Assembly (NCBI RefSeq): GCF_009914755.1
Contig: NC_060936.1
Source of the DNA: the human T2T-CHM13v2.0 reference genome, Homo sapiens
DNA length: 64,000 nucleotides
Direction: 5' to 3' (one strand)
The position numbers and the translations under genes are program-made. The first letter of the stretch is position 1. Each line of letters opens with the position of its first letter. Below, piece by piece: positions 1-14,774 of the stretch. The notes under the pieces were generated by a model. That model made no database searches, was not told where the DNA came from, and saw nothing but the letters and a program-made list of their open reading frames with translations.

Positions 1-132
1 GGTTTGGTCAATCTGTGAGAATGTATTTTAACACATTAAGTTATGTCTATGACTCAACATGCCTAAATAAATTCAGTAGACACAATAACATTCTTGATAG
101 TCATCCCATTTCTTTAATAGTAACCCTTCCCA

Positions 133-296
133 TTACTGGTTCCTAAAAAGTTTTCTTCCATGGGCCTCTTTATGTAATTTTGCTTTTTTTGTATTTTTAT
201 TTAAGTCATTCCTTCTTCTTATTTTCCACCAACGGCACATAAGCAAACCATGAAGCAAGCCAGCAGCAGTGGCAGCAGAACTACTTATTATATAAA
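133..296 (-). CDS. Candidate terminal coding exon of an unidentified single-pass membrane protein (or pseudogene exon)
   Basis: Minus-strand acceptor tttatttctttcag| (AG at 298-297). In phase 1 it reads (V)YIISSSAATAAGLLHGLLMC-RWWKIRRRNDLNKNTKKAKLHKEAHGRKLFRNQ*: an apolar ~21-aa stretch followed directly by a basic cluster. ATTAAA at 118-113 just after the stop. No homologue recognised. Confidence 0.45.
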
Positions 297-743
297 CTGA
301 AAGAAATAAATTTATTCCACCTAATAAAAAATGCAATGCTATGCACTTGTAGGTTATCACCTATACCAAAGTAATTTGGAAAGAGGCCAGCAGGGACACA
401 TAGCTACAGGGAGAACATTATATTCCTCCCACTGTCAAAGTCCCATGCTACCCACACGCTTCCATCCTTCAAAACTAAAGTCAAACATCACATTTCCTGT
501 GAAGTTCTGCCTGACCACATCTCCACCCCAGGTGAGAGTTGATCACACTTTCCTTTGCTCCATATCTTTAATATTTCTTATAGAGCACTCGGTATACTGA
601 ACTGCAAAAATTTGCTGATAAAACAAGATGTTAAATTATAAATTTAAATGAAGGAATCAACACAATAGATATTACATTCCAAAGGAGGTGCTAGACCATT
701 TGCAGAATTTTAAAAATAGATAATTAGAATAGTTAAACAATAC

Positions 744-760
744 CTGAATCCCTCATCCAC
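744..760 (-). CDS. Candidate 17-nt micro-exon upstream of the 133-296 exon
   Basis: ttttcattttttctataatttcaag|GTGGATGAGGGATTCAG|gtattg. Splicing to 296 gives the open frame x-W-M-R-D-S-V-Y-I-I; intron 297-743 is GT-AG. Confidence 0.35.
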
Positions 761-1289
761 CTTGAAATTATAGAAAAAATGAAAATTGAGATAAAGGATG
801 GATTTCTAATTAGGTTTCTTTCTTCTAAGACTCTACTTAAGAGTCCCATCCTCCTTGGAGATACAGGAGCTCTCAAGCCTAATAAGGGAGCACCAATGAG
901 TCTGCTTTTGAAGCTTAGCATGTGAACCTCGAAGCTAGGAGGAACACAGGGGAATAGTATCTGACTCCCACCCAAGAAATCTGGAGGCAGTAGAAATGGG
1001 CTAATGAGCTGCAATTATCTCAGAGCATTGGAGTGTTGCTGCCACGTATAAGAAACAGTTTGCAATAGCAAAGTATGCTGAGGCAAGGCATTTTCCAGCC
1101 TATGACATTCTGCCTTTGAAGTCTACTCTATGGAAAATGTTCTTTTTAAGCTTGTCAATGACTACCTCCTTCTGAGAAAGTCAATAAACTCTTCTAAATC
1201 CTTGTGATGACTCAACAGCTCTGAATGAGTTAGTGTATGCTTTCGTATTCAAACTTTCACCTTCCTTGGTTTCTGTGATCATTCAATAA

Positions 1290-1672
1290 GGTATTACGCA
1301 AAGACCATAGGCTTTGAAGTCAAACAGACGTAAGTTTGATTTAATATAATCAATGGGTGCTTATTGAATGCACAGTGTGTACCAGGAACCAAACTAGGTT
1401 CTGAGGATCAATGTTAAACAAAGCAGACATGGAACAATGTTAGACACAGAACAACATGCCCTTACTACGCTTAATATTTTACCCAGCTATGCCACTTTCC
1501 AGCTATATTACCTTGGGAAAATTTGTTAAATTATCTGTGCATAAGCTTTCTCATCTAATAAAGGAGAATAATATTACCTATTTCATGGGCTTTGTTATGA
1601 GGATTAAATGGGGCAAATTAAGTAAATTGCCTATCAATCTCTAACAGACACATAATAGTCATTCAATAAATG
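1290..1672 (+). mobile_element. MIR, interrupted by a minus-strand L2 3' fragment (~1345-1440)
   Basis: MIR core gccactttccagctatattaccttgggaaa...ctcatctaataaaggagaataata...gttatgaggattaaatg; approximate bounds. Confidence 0.7.
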
Positions 1673-2224
1673 TCCAAGCATTTCACCTTCCCACACTCTC
1701 CTTACCACCTCATCTATTCCCTGCATATTCTTATATCTCCTACTGCTTTTGCTCCACTTATTCTTTAATTATCTCAGTCCTGCCCTAGTCAGCAGATATG
1801 AAATGCCTGCATTCCCCAAAGGTTTCCCAGCTCTGTCTTTCCTCATTCTTTACTTTCTCCCTAAGGAAACTTATTCACTCCCTTGGCATCAGCTACCACT
1901 TCTAAGCAATTCCTGCTTCAAGCTATGTCTTCAAATGTGATCCCTACTTCCTATCTCACATTCCCATGATGTCTCTATCTCAGCATGTGAAAAAATAAAT
2001 TCACCATACTCACCTGAAATCTACTTCATCGTTTATGCCATTGATATTAATTAAACTCATTTAAACAAACATTTATTAGGCACCCATTATACACAAGCAA
2101 CTTTTCTGGGGCTGGGGACTCTTCTTTCACTATCTGAGATCAAATAGACTCAAATAAATTAAGATAGGGTCAGTATTCTATATTAGCTGAACTCCCACTA
2201 TTTGCTGTCAAGAATTCACGAACA

Positions 2225-2574
2225 GGCCAGGTGCTGTGGCTCACTCCTGTAATCCCAGCACCTTGGGAGGCCGAGGGGGGTGAATCACTTGAGGTTAGGA
2301 GTTCCAGGCCAGCCTGGCCAAAATGGTGAAACCCAGTCTCTACTAAAAATACAAAAATTAACTGTGCATGGTGGCACACAGCTATAGTCCCAGCTACTCA
2401 GGAGGCTGAGGCAGGAGACTCGCTTGAACCTAGGAGATGGAGGTTGCACTGAGCCAAGATTGTGCCACTGCACTCCAGCCTGGGTGACAGGAAGAGACTC
2501 TGTCTCAAAAAAAAAAAAAAAAAAAAAAAAAAACAAAAAAAAAAAACACACACAAAACAAAAAAAAAACAAAGA
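2225..2574 (+). mobile_element. AluS (Sx/Sz-like) with a long mixed A/C tail
   Basis: Full dimer ggccaggtgctgtggctc...tgtctcaaaa; TSD aagaattcacgaaca (2210-2224) / aaaaactcaagaaca (2575-2589). Confidence 0.95.
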
Positions 2575-3094
2575 AAAAACTCAAGAACAAATAAGATTTG
2601 ATTAGCAGGGGATACTTGAATCTACAAAGCATTGTAGCTTACACATAGTAGGTGGTCAGTGAATGCTTATTTAGCTAAATTCAATTTAAATTAATGGTAT
2701 AAACAGAAGAAGAAAGTCTTAAAGATGTCATGCCAGGAGTGGTTAATAATCCAGGAGCATAGTTTGAGCATAAAGTGAGTAATTGGCGGTAAATTTGAAA
2801 AAGTATTTTGAGATCAACTTTGGAAGTCTTTAATAGAAAGACAAGTGGTTTGATGTTTATCTAACAAGATTAAGTAATGAACAATAAGATTAACTAATGA
2901 ACAAAGTCATCTAAGAAATGACATTTGTCTAATAAATCTCCTGTAATAAAAAACCACTAAAAGCTTTAGAGTAAGTGAAAAACACTATAACAACTATTAA
3001 GATTTTTCTGTGGGCAACATGAACTTGAGAAACAAGAGTAGAGAAATGACTTCAAGTGCTATTGCAAGGAAAATATATATGGAAAGAAAGAGTT

Positions 3095-3585
3095 GTATGC
3101 AGATGTTTTCAGCAGGCTTTTTCATTGTAGACAAAGAATGGAAACAACCAAATATCCATCAATTGGTCAATAGATAGACAAATTGTGATACAACTCTTAT
3201 GATAGAATGCTATTCAGCCATAAAAAGGAATGAACTACATGCAACAATACAAATGAACCTCAAAAGCATTCCACTAAGTGAAAGTAGCTTCGTACAAAAG
3301 TGTGTATACAGAACAATTCCACTTATGTGACATTCTGTAAAAGACAAAATCATAGGGACAGGAAACAGATTGGCAGTTGCCAGCGGCTAAAGGTTTAGGA
3401 CAGGAAGTAACTGCAAATTGCCACAAGGAAACATTTTGGGGCGATAGAAATATTTTGTATCTTGATCATGGTGGTAGTAACATGACTGTATATGCATTTG
3501 TCAAAACTCATTAAATTCCACACTTAAAAGAGTGAATTTTATTGTATGTAAATTACACCCAGGTGAACCTAACTTTTAAAAAATG
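3095..3585 (+). mobile_element. Old L1M (L1ME/L1MC-type) 3' end
   Basis: ggaaacaaccaaatatccatcaa...gctattcagccataaaaaggaatgaac...gtgaattttattgtatgtaaattacacc. Confidence 0.8.
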
Positions 3586-4104
3586 CTTTTGCATTAATTC
3601 TTGCAGATCATTAAAAAAGATCCAAATTACATCTGATACCAGTGTCAATGGAAATTGAGAGAATGATTCCAAAGTACATCAAAAAGGAAAAAATGATAGA
3701 TGTCAGCAATTACTCACATGCAAAATTAAGGGAGAAACTTTATTCTGAAAGCATGGTAGAATCACTAAAAGAAATAAAGACTCCAAGTTGAAAAGTCTAA
3801 CAGGCAGTGAGAAACATAAGATAGCAGCTTTAAAAAAAAGGCTGAGTTAGAAATCAGAGATTTCTAAATAGTCTGTATAGTTTACATTTCTACCTATCTG
3901 ACTAGGTGACACTGCTATGTAAATGTTGAATAAAAGATGCATTGTGGCCATCCACAATTAGACTGCAGGATGGAAAACAGGAAACATCCAAAGAATAGAA
4001 AACTTTAGAAAAGGGGCACTGACAATCTTTAATGTTTCAGAGTAGTCAAAAATTTTAAACCAAACAGATATTCAGTGTGGATTTTGGAGCCATTGGGTGA
4101 CTTT

Positions 4105-4852
4105 TCTCAGGCTCAGAACACAATACCTCAAAGTATAGTACCTTGACATGTGAGTATTTTTGAGCTGAAGAGAACAGGAGGGTCTCAGAAGCAAGAAGGT
4201 GTCTCTGACTTTCTGCCCTCTTGTCTCCCTCTTTGCTCTCTCTTCCCCAAAACAATAAAACTTAGAAAGGTCACTCTCTGACCTACCTCCCCTAAAAGTA
4301 GCTCATAAGACACTCACATGTCAGGTGTTCTGCCCTAAGCTCATAGAGAAAAAATGCTACACAGAGAAGCCAAGAAGAACTTGAGTGAACAGGTCTTGCT
4401 AAGTTCCCTCAAGTTTATTACCATGAGATTATACCCTTTTTGTCCAGTTATTTTTCTCCACAATGACCTATTTCTTTCCATCAGACTTAGCATAAAACCA
4501 CAAAGTTTTAAGCCACGTGCAGTGTCACATGCCTGTAATCTGCTGGTGGCCAGGAGGCTGAAGTGGGAGGATCACTTGAGGCCAGGAGTTTGAATCCAGT
4601 CTGGGCAACATAGCCAGACTCTCAAAAGACTAAATAAGAAAAAATAAAAATAAATGTTAAAAAAAACCACACAGTTTTCCCTGGATCTTCAGGTATTTAT
4701 TTCTGAAGGCACCCATGTCATGTAAAACTTCCTTCAAGTTTTTATAATAAATTTGTTACGCTTTTCTCTTGTTAATCTGTGTTTTGTTATAAGGTATTCA
4801 GCCACGACCCTTGTGATAGGTGACAAAAAAGATACTGCCTTTTCACCCCTAC
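4105..4852 (+). mobile_element. ERV1-class solo LTR, MER34/MER39-like, split by an Alu monomer
   Basis: ggctcagaacacaatacctcaaagtat start; cttttctcttgttaatctgt and ...cccctaca end. Subfamily from memory. Confidence 0.7.
4511..4662 (+). mobile_element. Free left Alu monomer (FLAM-like)
   Basis: Single monomer plus A-rich tail; TSD aaaaccacaaagtttt (4494-4509) / aaaaccacacagtttt (4663-4678). Confidence 0.85.
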
Positions 4853-5041
4853 ACCTTAAATAGCACTATTTTAGTAGAATAGGAGGGTTACAATTCAGAT
4901 AGGTTAAAGAGGTTTAAGAAGAGAGGGCTCTCAAGGACTTAAAAATAGCAAAAGGATTTTTGCAAAGATTGAAAACAGTAAAATGCTTTTCCTTTTTTTC
5001 AAAGGTTGCCTAGAGGTTATCAACTAGGAATCTTTTTTCTT

Positions 5042-5046
<5 letters not shown>

Positions 5047-5103
<57 letters not shown>
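5047..5103 (+). repeat. Uninterrupted poly(A), 57 nt
   Basis: Direct count; no Alu or L1 body immediately upstream. Confidence 0.95.
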
Positions 5104-5104
<1 letters not shown>

Positions 5105-6299
5105 AGGAGACATAAAGATGAGGGATATTTACTAAGGGCTAAAATATCAACATTCAGTTTTTCCAAGGGTCATGAGGCCCTAGGATGTTAGGTCATGGTA
5201 CCCAAACTCAGGACTGATTTATACCAAAAGCCAATTAAACAATTTATAATGAAAAGCGCAACTGCTAAGCAGGCTGCTCGTTATATGCACTGATCAACAC
5301 ATTATTGCCCCAGGGGAGAAGCTTTCTCTAGAAGCAAGTTTAAAATTACAAAGTGTTTAAAGTGTTTGTCACCCCCACTAGCACTTAGGCCTCCCTTTGG
5401 CATCTTCCTTCTTTTTTTTTTTTTTTTGCCAACTTTTTTGAAAAAAAAGTTCAGACTTTATTAATAGGATGTTTTATAAAATGCAAATTTCTGGCTCTTG
5501 GTAAGACTAAATTAGGACTTCTGAGAGTGAGACCCAGAAATCTCTATTTTTTAACACTTTCACCACGTCACCCAAATGATTTTGATGCACTTTAGACAAT
5601 GTTTTGTATGGTTTATACCCACTTCCACCTCCCCATCTCATACTCCTTATTCCATTTCAGTCTGGCTTCTACTACTTCACTCTGTTTTCTGGCAGAAATC
5701 ACCAGTGACGTCTTAATTTTCAGCTCCAATGACATACTTCTAATGAAATATCCTAAAATAATGAACACTTCTGCCACTTTCCTTTTCTTGGAACTTTCTA
5801 ATTATTGGCTTCCAAGCTAGTATTCTATCCATGTTCTCTTCCTACTCATTTGACCTCTTCTTTCTGTTTTCCTTGCTGTAGCTTCTTCCACGCCTTTGGG
5901 ACTTACGTATTGAGTTGTTCCCAAGTTCAGCCCTTGTTTTCTCCTTTTTTTCTTTCTGAGCTTTCTTCTGTGATAATTCCATTCATTCCCATTGCTTTTT
6001 CCATGGACTGTATTTTCGTAACTCCCAAATCTTTATTTTCACGTCTACCCTCTTATCTTCATTGTGCTCACTAACTTCCAGTGTTCACCAGACAGCTGCC
6101 TTGAGGGACTAAGTAAATTTGAGATGAGAGCAGCAGAAAAGGCTGTGGGTGGAACTGCTCACAGAAAGTCTGGGAAAGGATGGCAAAGTGCTCTGACAGA
6201 ATTGCCAAAGGCTAAGAATATAAGAGACACATTGAGAATCAGGTGATATCAGCCCAGACCCTACTAAGTCATTTGAACATAAAAGCCAGAAAAGGATAC

Positions 6300-6690
6300 A
6301 GCATTAGTAATCGTTTGCTACAAAACTTCAGTGGCATTCAACAGTCATTGCTTATTGCTCATGTTTGGGGGGTCAGCTGGCAGTTGGCTGATCTAGGCTA
6401 GTCTTGACCAGAACAGTGGGGGTGACATGGTGACACAGTTCTGCTCCATGTGTCTCTCACCTTTTAGCAAGAGAGCTCAGGCATGTTCCCATGGTGATGG
6501 CAGACGCACAAGAGAGTAAACCACGGCACACAGGCCCATCTCAAGTCTCTTCTTGCATTTATGTCCGATAATATCCCATCTGCCAAAGCAAGTCACATGG
6601 TTGAAACCACTGTCAGGGGTGGGATAGGTCACCCCACCCATGATAGAAAGGCACTATTTGTGAATATAGGGAAAGGTGAAAAATTGGTCA
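6300..6690 (-). mobile_element. Old MaLR LTR (MLT1J/K-like)
   Basis: aaaacttcagtggcattcaacag...atatcccatctgccaaagcaagtcacatgg motifs. Confidence 0.7.
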
Positions 6691-7221
6691 CTGTCACTGA
6701 ACTTTTGCCTAGTAAATAAACAAAGTGATGAATGCAGGCTGTTTTGTCACAGTCCACCCACATCTTGGGATGAAATATTTTGTCACTTGTGTCTTTAGAA
6801 ATAATGTGTTCTCATATTGAGAGTAAGCTTCCAGCCAAGGTGCTTGGTGTGATTAATGCAACGTATTTTTAAAAATTAATATATCATCATATTTTTGGTA
6901 AATTATGAGAAAGTATTAAACAATTAGCCCTAAATTGCCATAGTTTCTGCTGTGAAGAAAAATAAATGCAAATGAGAAAATAATTAGCTGAATAATGCAG
7001 TTTAATTACAAACAATATCATTTTGACATGGTCTGGGTATTGTGTATTCTTGGTTGCATTGCAAAGCAAGAAAAGTGGTAAGAAGAAGATATAAGTTGGA
7101 CAAATTAATGTAAGTTTATATTATAAAGTCCACTGTAAATAACAAGGTTTTAATAATGTTTTAGTGGAATTTTGAAAAAAATTTTGTAAAATATAAGCAA
7201 TGTTAAAAATCTGCTCCAATA

Positions 7222-9245
<2,024 letters not shown>

Positions 9246-9261
9246 AAATCTACTCCAATAA

Positions 9262-10530
9262 GGCTTTGCTCTCACCATTAAGTCTTTGTTGTCACCAGTG
9301 ACCTCACTATTAATTCATCATCAGCATTTGACATATTAGATCATTCACTCCTCTTTGATACATTTTCTTCACTTGTCTTGGGATCGCACACTTCATTGGC
9401 TTTCCTGCTTCCTCACTAAGGTTTTCTTCTCAGTCTCCACTGTTGGCATCTCCTCTTCTCCCAACCTCTAAAGGTTGAAGGACCCTGGGGCTTAGTCATT
9501 AGACATCTTCGCTTACTCAACATTTATTTTCCAGATAACCTTATCCAATTCCATGGCTGTCAGACGTAAGATAATTTCTGTATCTCCAACTCACACTTTT
9601 CTGAACTCCAGGTTCTTTTACTACCTTCACAACATTTCTCTTTGTGTATCTAATAGTCATTTCAAATTTAGCAGATCCAAAAATCAAACTCTTAATATTT
9701 CCTTACAAACCTGTAAAATTCCTGCCTGAGTTGACAACAATTCCACCTTTGCAGATGTTCTTGTCAAAATGTCAGAGTCATCACTGATTTCTGCCTCTTT
9801 CATTCCATGCCCTTTCTATACATTTTATTAGAGAAACTTGTTGGCCTGTCCTATAAAATATATCCAGAGTCCAGTCACTTCTCACTACTTCCACTGCTAC
9901 CATCTGCTCCAACCATCATCTTTCACCTGACTGTTGCAGTAGCATCCTTACCAGTCTCCCCACTTCCACACTCACCATTCCACAGCATGTTCTTGGCAGA
10001 GTGATCCCTTTCAAATCTAAGTCAGATCACTTCACTTTGCTCAAAATGCCCCCATGGCTCCTGAAGGCAAACCCTGACAATACCCTGTAGGTTTTGTGTG
10101 CTCTTGCCCCTGTGACCTCCCTGATTTCATCTCGTACACTCTCAATCTTGCTCACTATACTCTTATGTTGGTCTCCAAGCTTCCTTACATACACCAGGCA
10201 TGCTCCCACCCGAGGGCTTTGCACTGGCTATTCTCACTGCCTGAAACGGTCTTTCCCCTCCTTCAAGTCTTTGCTCAAATATCCTCTCCTCAGAAGGCGA
10301 TCTGTACGACAAAATGCTACCCTCTTAGCCCACCCCTCACGCCCAACATACACACACATGCACACAGGTGTCTTCTTCTTGATTTTTACAGCACTTATTA
10401 CTTTCTAAAGTATTATAGAATTAACTTATTATGTTTATTTCTTCTCTTCCTAGAATGTAAGACACACAAGCAGGGATTTTTGTGTCTTTGATATACAAAT
10501 AAGTCCCAAACACTAGAACAATGCCTGCTG
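9262..10530 (+). mobile_element. L2 (L2a-like) 3' ~1.3 kb
   Basis: Pyrimidine-rich L2 ORF2/3' motifs: aagtcagatcacttcactttgctcaaaa, agggctttgcactggcta, ctagaatgtaag...cagggatttt. Confidence 0.85.
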
Positions 10531-10544
10531 AAGAGTGGCAGAAG

Positions 10545-10934
10545 GATTTTTTTCTAGCTAAAGGCACTTGGAAAACAACAGATACAAAAGGGACACTCTG
10601 ACCTCCCTGTGCCAGGAGAGAATAAATATTCTTGTCACCAGAAATGGAGAGTGGAAACAGAAAAATCTGGACAAGGAAACCTTGTTAAAATCACTCATCT
10701 TCCTTTAGCCTTCCCATACATTTTAGTTACTTTTGCACAATTGTCACACTTTGTTCAACCTACTCTATAAGCACTTAGGTCTTGCCAATTCTTTGGACCT
10801 TCATTTTCCTATGGGGGCTCCCATGCACATGTAGAAATTTGTGTGCGTTTCTCCTGTTAATCTGTCTGATATCAATTTAATTCTCAAGCCCAGCTGGAGA
10901 CCGTAAGTAGGTAAAGTCTTACCTCTCCTAAACA
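10545..10934 (+). mobile_element. MER34-like LTR fragment
   Basis: gacactctgacctccc and ttctcctgttaatctgtct motifs shared with the 4105 LTR. Confidence 0.6.
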
Positions 10935-12461
10935 GAAACACAATTTGGCGCTCAATAAATATGAGTTTAGGATACGAATTTGTAAATGAAAAGCTAATTG
11001 AATTACTCAATACATCTCTCATAGAGAAGGACGGCTACTTTGCTAAATAAATGGGATCAGAGATTTCTCCATGAATATTTATTTTTATTATTCCCTTACT
11101 CTTCTTAAAGTTTACATCTCTTAGAGCATAGTATTTAAAAATCTATTTGTATTTAAAACTTACTCATATATAAACATTTATGAAAAATATCTCCACTAAG
11201 CTCATTTCCTAGTTTTCATACATAAATTCCATCTAGAACCTACTTAAAATGTCTCTATGTCTGATATTTTAAAATGGAATTTATATAGAAAGTTTTCATA
11301 TCACATATTTTAATTATATTTATCTCAATGTCTGATTTGATACTTTTTTAAAATTGGAGGAATAGTGTTGCAAAGACTTGTCATTTCTAACAGTGACAAC
11401 TGCACTGTCATTGCCATCTTTCTGTTTGTGAGCTATTTGTGAGCTGAAAGTGATAGACTCTTGCCACTTAATGAACTCCACTTGGCAGACAGAAGACCTA
11501 CATGTCACACACTTCAGTAACTCTCTCCTCCTGCAGCTCCCACATGTCCACGTTTTCCTCTTTCCTCTTCTAATATGCTGTCTGGTTCCACTTTTAATAG
11601 TGCCAGTTGCCAGTTTTACATACAGTCATTGCCTAGACTGCAACAGATTGGATTACTAACCTCATTCCTAAAAGTCAGGCTCCCTCCTTGAAAACCCTGC
11701 ATGACCAGAAAGGATGGATTATGGCGAATGCAGGTGAGCCTTAGTGCCCCTGAGTAGCCCGTGAGGCAGTTTTCAGGAGTACTTTATCATCCCAGAATCA
11801 TATTCAGCTCTTTTTTCTCTTTTTTCCACTCTAATATCCTGCTTTCCTCTTCCTCCCTGAAGTGAAGTGAATGAGTTCTGCTCTTGACCTTTTTCTACCA
11901 AATATGTAGTCACCTACAAAAAACCCTACCACCATCCCATTCCCTTGTTCATTTCACCCCCACCTTTCTCATGACTTCCTTTCTTTTGTAGATAATTGTT
12001 GCCTAAAGGACGTCTTATTCCCAATAGAATATATAAAGCTTGCTAAAGTATTTCTTTAAAAATTTTTAGACTGTTTTTTTTGTAGTAAGGTTTAAAATCA
12101 TTAGCATTTCCATCCATTAGAGGCAAATTTGCACTCTAGAAAGGAAGGAGATAATTAAGGCCGTGGCTAAATAGCTGTCTTTCTAGATCACTTTTTCCCT
12201 AATATGAACCCCATTGTGCACCAAAACAAAACAAAACAAAAACAATTGGAGGCAGAAAAGCATGAAGCAAGCCGTTGATTTAGAGACTGAAATCTTACAT
12301 ACAAATTTAATAGCCTTGTTACTTTTTGGCCGATGACTTTGGGCAATCTGGAGTCTTATTTTCTTCCTAGAACATTGTAATGTCTACTTCTAGGATACTG
12401 TGTGACAGTAAAGCTGACATCTCTGAAATAAGCCTGTAGACTTTAAAAAGTTTTCAGAACA

Positions 12462-12578
12462 AGTTCGCCTCGGTGGTGTACACTTGCAGTCCCAGCTACT
12501 GAGGAGGATCACTTGAACCCAGGAGTTTGACACTACCCTGGGCAACATAGTAAGATAGTAAGACCTCCTATCTCTCTC

Positions 12579-12621
<43 letters not shown>

Positions 12622-12633
12622 ATACAAATAAAT
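12462..12633 (+). mobile_element. Free Alu monomer (FLAM_A-like) with (TAAA)n tail
   Basis: gtcccagctactgaggaggatcacttgaacccaggagtttg...ctgggcaacatag; diverged TSD aaaaagttttcagaaca / aaaatgttttaaaaaca. Confidence 0.85.
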
Positions 12634-12829
12634 AAAATGTTTTAAAAACATACATGACTATTGCTGAAGATCCTAAAATAAGGCTACCTGCTTAAAAGCA
12701 TAAATTAAAAGAAAATGTCAATCTCATTTATGAAAAATTAAAAAACAAACTTTAAGGCCTAGGTATAAGATCTGAGACTAACCATACTGCAGTATATACA
12801 TGAAAAGGTACCATCTAGGGATTTTTTAG

Positions 12830-14460
12830 ACTTAAATTTTAATCATAAAATACTTCAAACATTAAAAGTACAGAAAATGCTATAACAGTTACCTACTACA
12901 TACCACTAACATTAAACAGATGTTAACATTTTCCATAATGTGTTTTAGCTTTCTCTCTTTTGAGGATACAAAATGTTACAGTTAAAATTAAAGCCCTTCC
13001 TCCCTTCTTTCCTTTTGTCTTCCTCTCTAAACAACCACTTTCCTGAAGTTTTTCTATATCTTTCCATATAAGTTTTGAGACATTTACCTCCACAAAGAAA
13101 ATGTACTACTGTTTCATATATTTTTAAATTTTACATACATAATATGCATATAAATATTTGTATCTTTTTAACCTCCTTTCTTCCTGTTAAAAATGTGTTT
13201 TTGTGCTTTACCTGTGTTGATATCTGAAGGTCTACTTTCTTTACACAGCTCTGCAACATGATGTTGAAGAACTACTATGTATGCGTTTTCTTATAAACGT
13301 ACAGGTTTCTCCCTAAAAGTGTAATTGCTGCGTTTATGGCAGATGACCATCTTCACATTTACAGCCCCACTGAAAATTCACAATCTCTCCAGTAGGTGTC
13401 ATCAGAATTATTAAGTTTTACATATTAGATAAGTATCATATGGTATGTCTGAATGTTTTAATTTATATTTCCCAGAATACTAGCAATATTGAGAATCTTT
13501 TCAAATTTTTATTGGCATTCAGTTTTCTTCTTCTACTAATTACCTATCATTACCTTTACCTATTTTTCCATTGCATTGTTTTTCTTTTTATCATCAATTT
13601 GTAGAAGCTCTTTATATATTCTGGATACTAATCCTTTGATGGCTATAGTATTACAAGTTTCTTGTAGTTTTTATCTTCTTTTTTCATATTTTTCATGGTA
13701 TCTTATAGAAGCTAGTATGTAGTCAAATTTGTTAATATTCTCCTTAATAGTTTGTGCCTTTGCATCATACATAAAAAACCCTTACCTGATGTAATTCACC
13801 TATTATTTTCCCTGTTTTCTTCTAAATTTGTATTATTTTACTTTTTAAGCCCTTAGTTTATCCAGAATTCAATATGTATAAATGTACAGATATAGAATTT
13901 TTCAATATCAATAACAAATTGTCACAATGTCATTTACTTAATAATCCATCCTGCTCCCACCAAAATTTTATTGCCACCCTCACTATATAAATAGATTGGG
14001 CTCTAAATTCCTTTTTCTTTTCCATTGGTTTGTCTATTTCTGTGTCAACCCTCAGTTTTTACTCATAGGATTTACAAAAGTTATAATACCTAGTCAGACA
14101 AATCTACCATTATTTTTATTCTTCAAGATTGTGTTGACTTTTCTCGGTCATTTATATTTCCATATATATGTGAGAATTTGTCTGTCAAATTCTATTCAAA
14201 AGAAATTGATGATATCTTTATTGAAAGTACACTAAATTTATAAATTAATTTGGATATGTTTCCATCATTATGAATTTGAGTTTTCCCAACCACAAATTAC
14301 GATATCACAGTCATATTACATCTTTTCAATCAGTTAAGCCTTCTTTTAATGAAGTTTTAAAATTTTCTATGTAAAAGTCTCAGTAATGTTTTATAAGTGT
14401 TTTTCTACATATCATATAGTTTTGTCTCCTATTACAAATGATATGTAAAAATTTTATAGT
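12830..14460 (-). mobile_element. Old L1M (L1ME-like) fragments
   Basis: T-rich antisense L1: agctctttatatattctggatactaatccttt, ttcttcaagattgtgttgac. Confidence 0.75.
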
Positions 14461-14474
14461 ACATTTTCTGAGGA

Positions 14475-14770
14475 AGACAGCATACCAAGTGATTAACAGA
14501 ACAAGTTCAGGTATTGAAACCAAAAGACTCGAGTTCAAATCTTGCCTTTGCCATTTACAAGGTGTGTCACCTAAAGCAAGTTATTTTAATCTCTCAGTAT
14601 CTCTAGGGGATAATTCACTCATCTGTCAAATCGAGGGTCATAAAAATACCTACTTCAGAAAATTCTGGTGGTGATTACATTAAAGAAGGAGAAAGAGAAA
14701 GAGAGACAGAGAAAGAGAGAGAGGACTCAGAACAGCTTGGCACATGGTAAATGACTAATAGATGTTCATT
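14475..14770 (+). mobile_element. MIR
   Basis: gagttcaaatcttgcctttgccatttac...aagttattttaatctctc...ctcatctgtcaaat...ttggcacatggtaaatg. Confidence 0.7.
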
Positions 14771-14774
14771 GGTC

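Noticed and set aside
2170-2632. ORFs of 69 and 115 aa
   Set aside because: Antisense translations of an Alu and its A tail; the same applies to the ORFs at 22206, 23689, 30748 and 52383.
5006-5191. Poly-lysine ORF
   Set aside because: Produced by the A57 tract.
6799-6822. Possible 24-nt + strand micro-exon (gtctttag|...|gtaagc), and a strong minus-strand acceptor at ~6950
   Set aside because: No partner exons for the first and no donor or open frame for the second; such signals occur by chance at this scale.
10094-10491. Overlapping 104 and 131 aa ORFs
   Set aside because: They lie in an L2 3' region and have low-complexity pyrimidine-rich composition.
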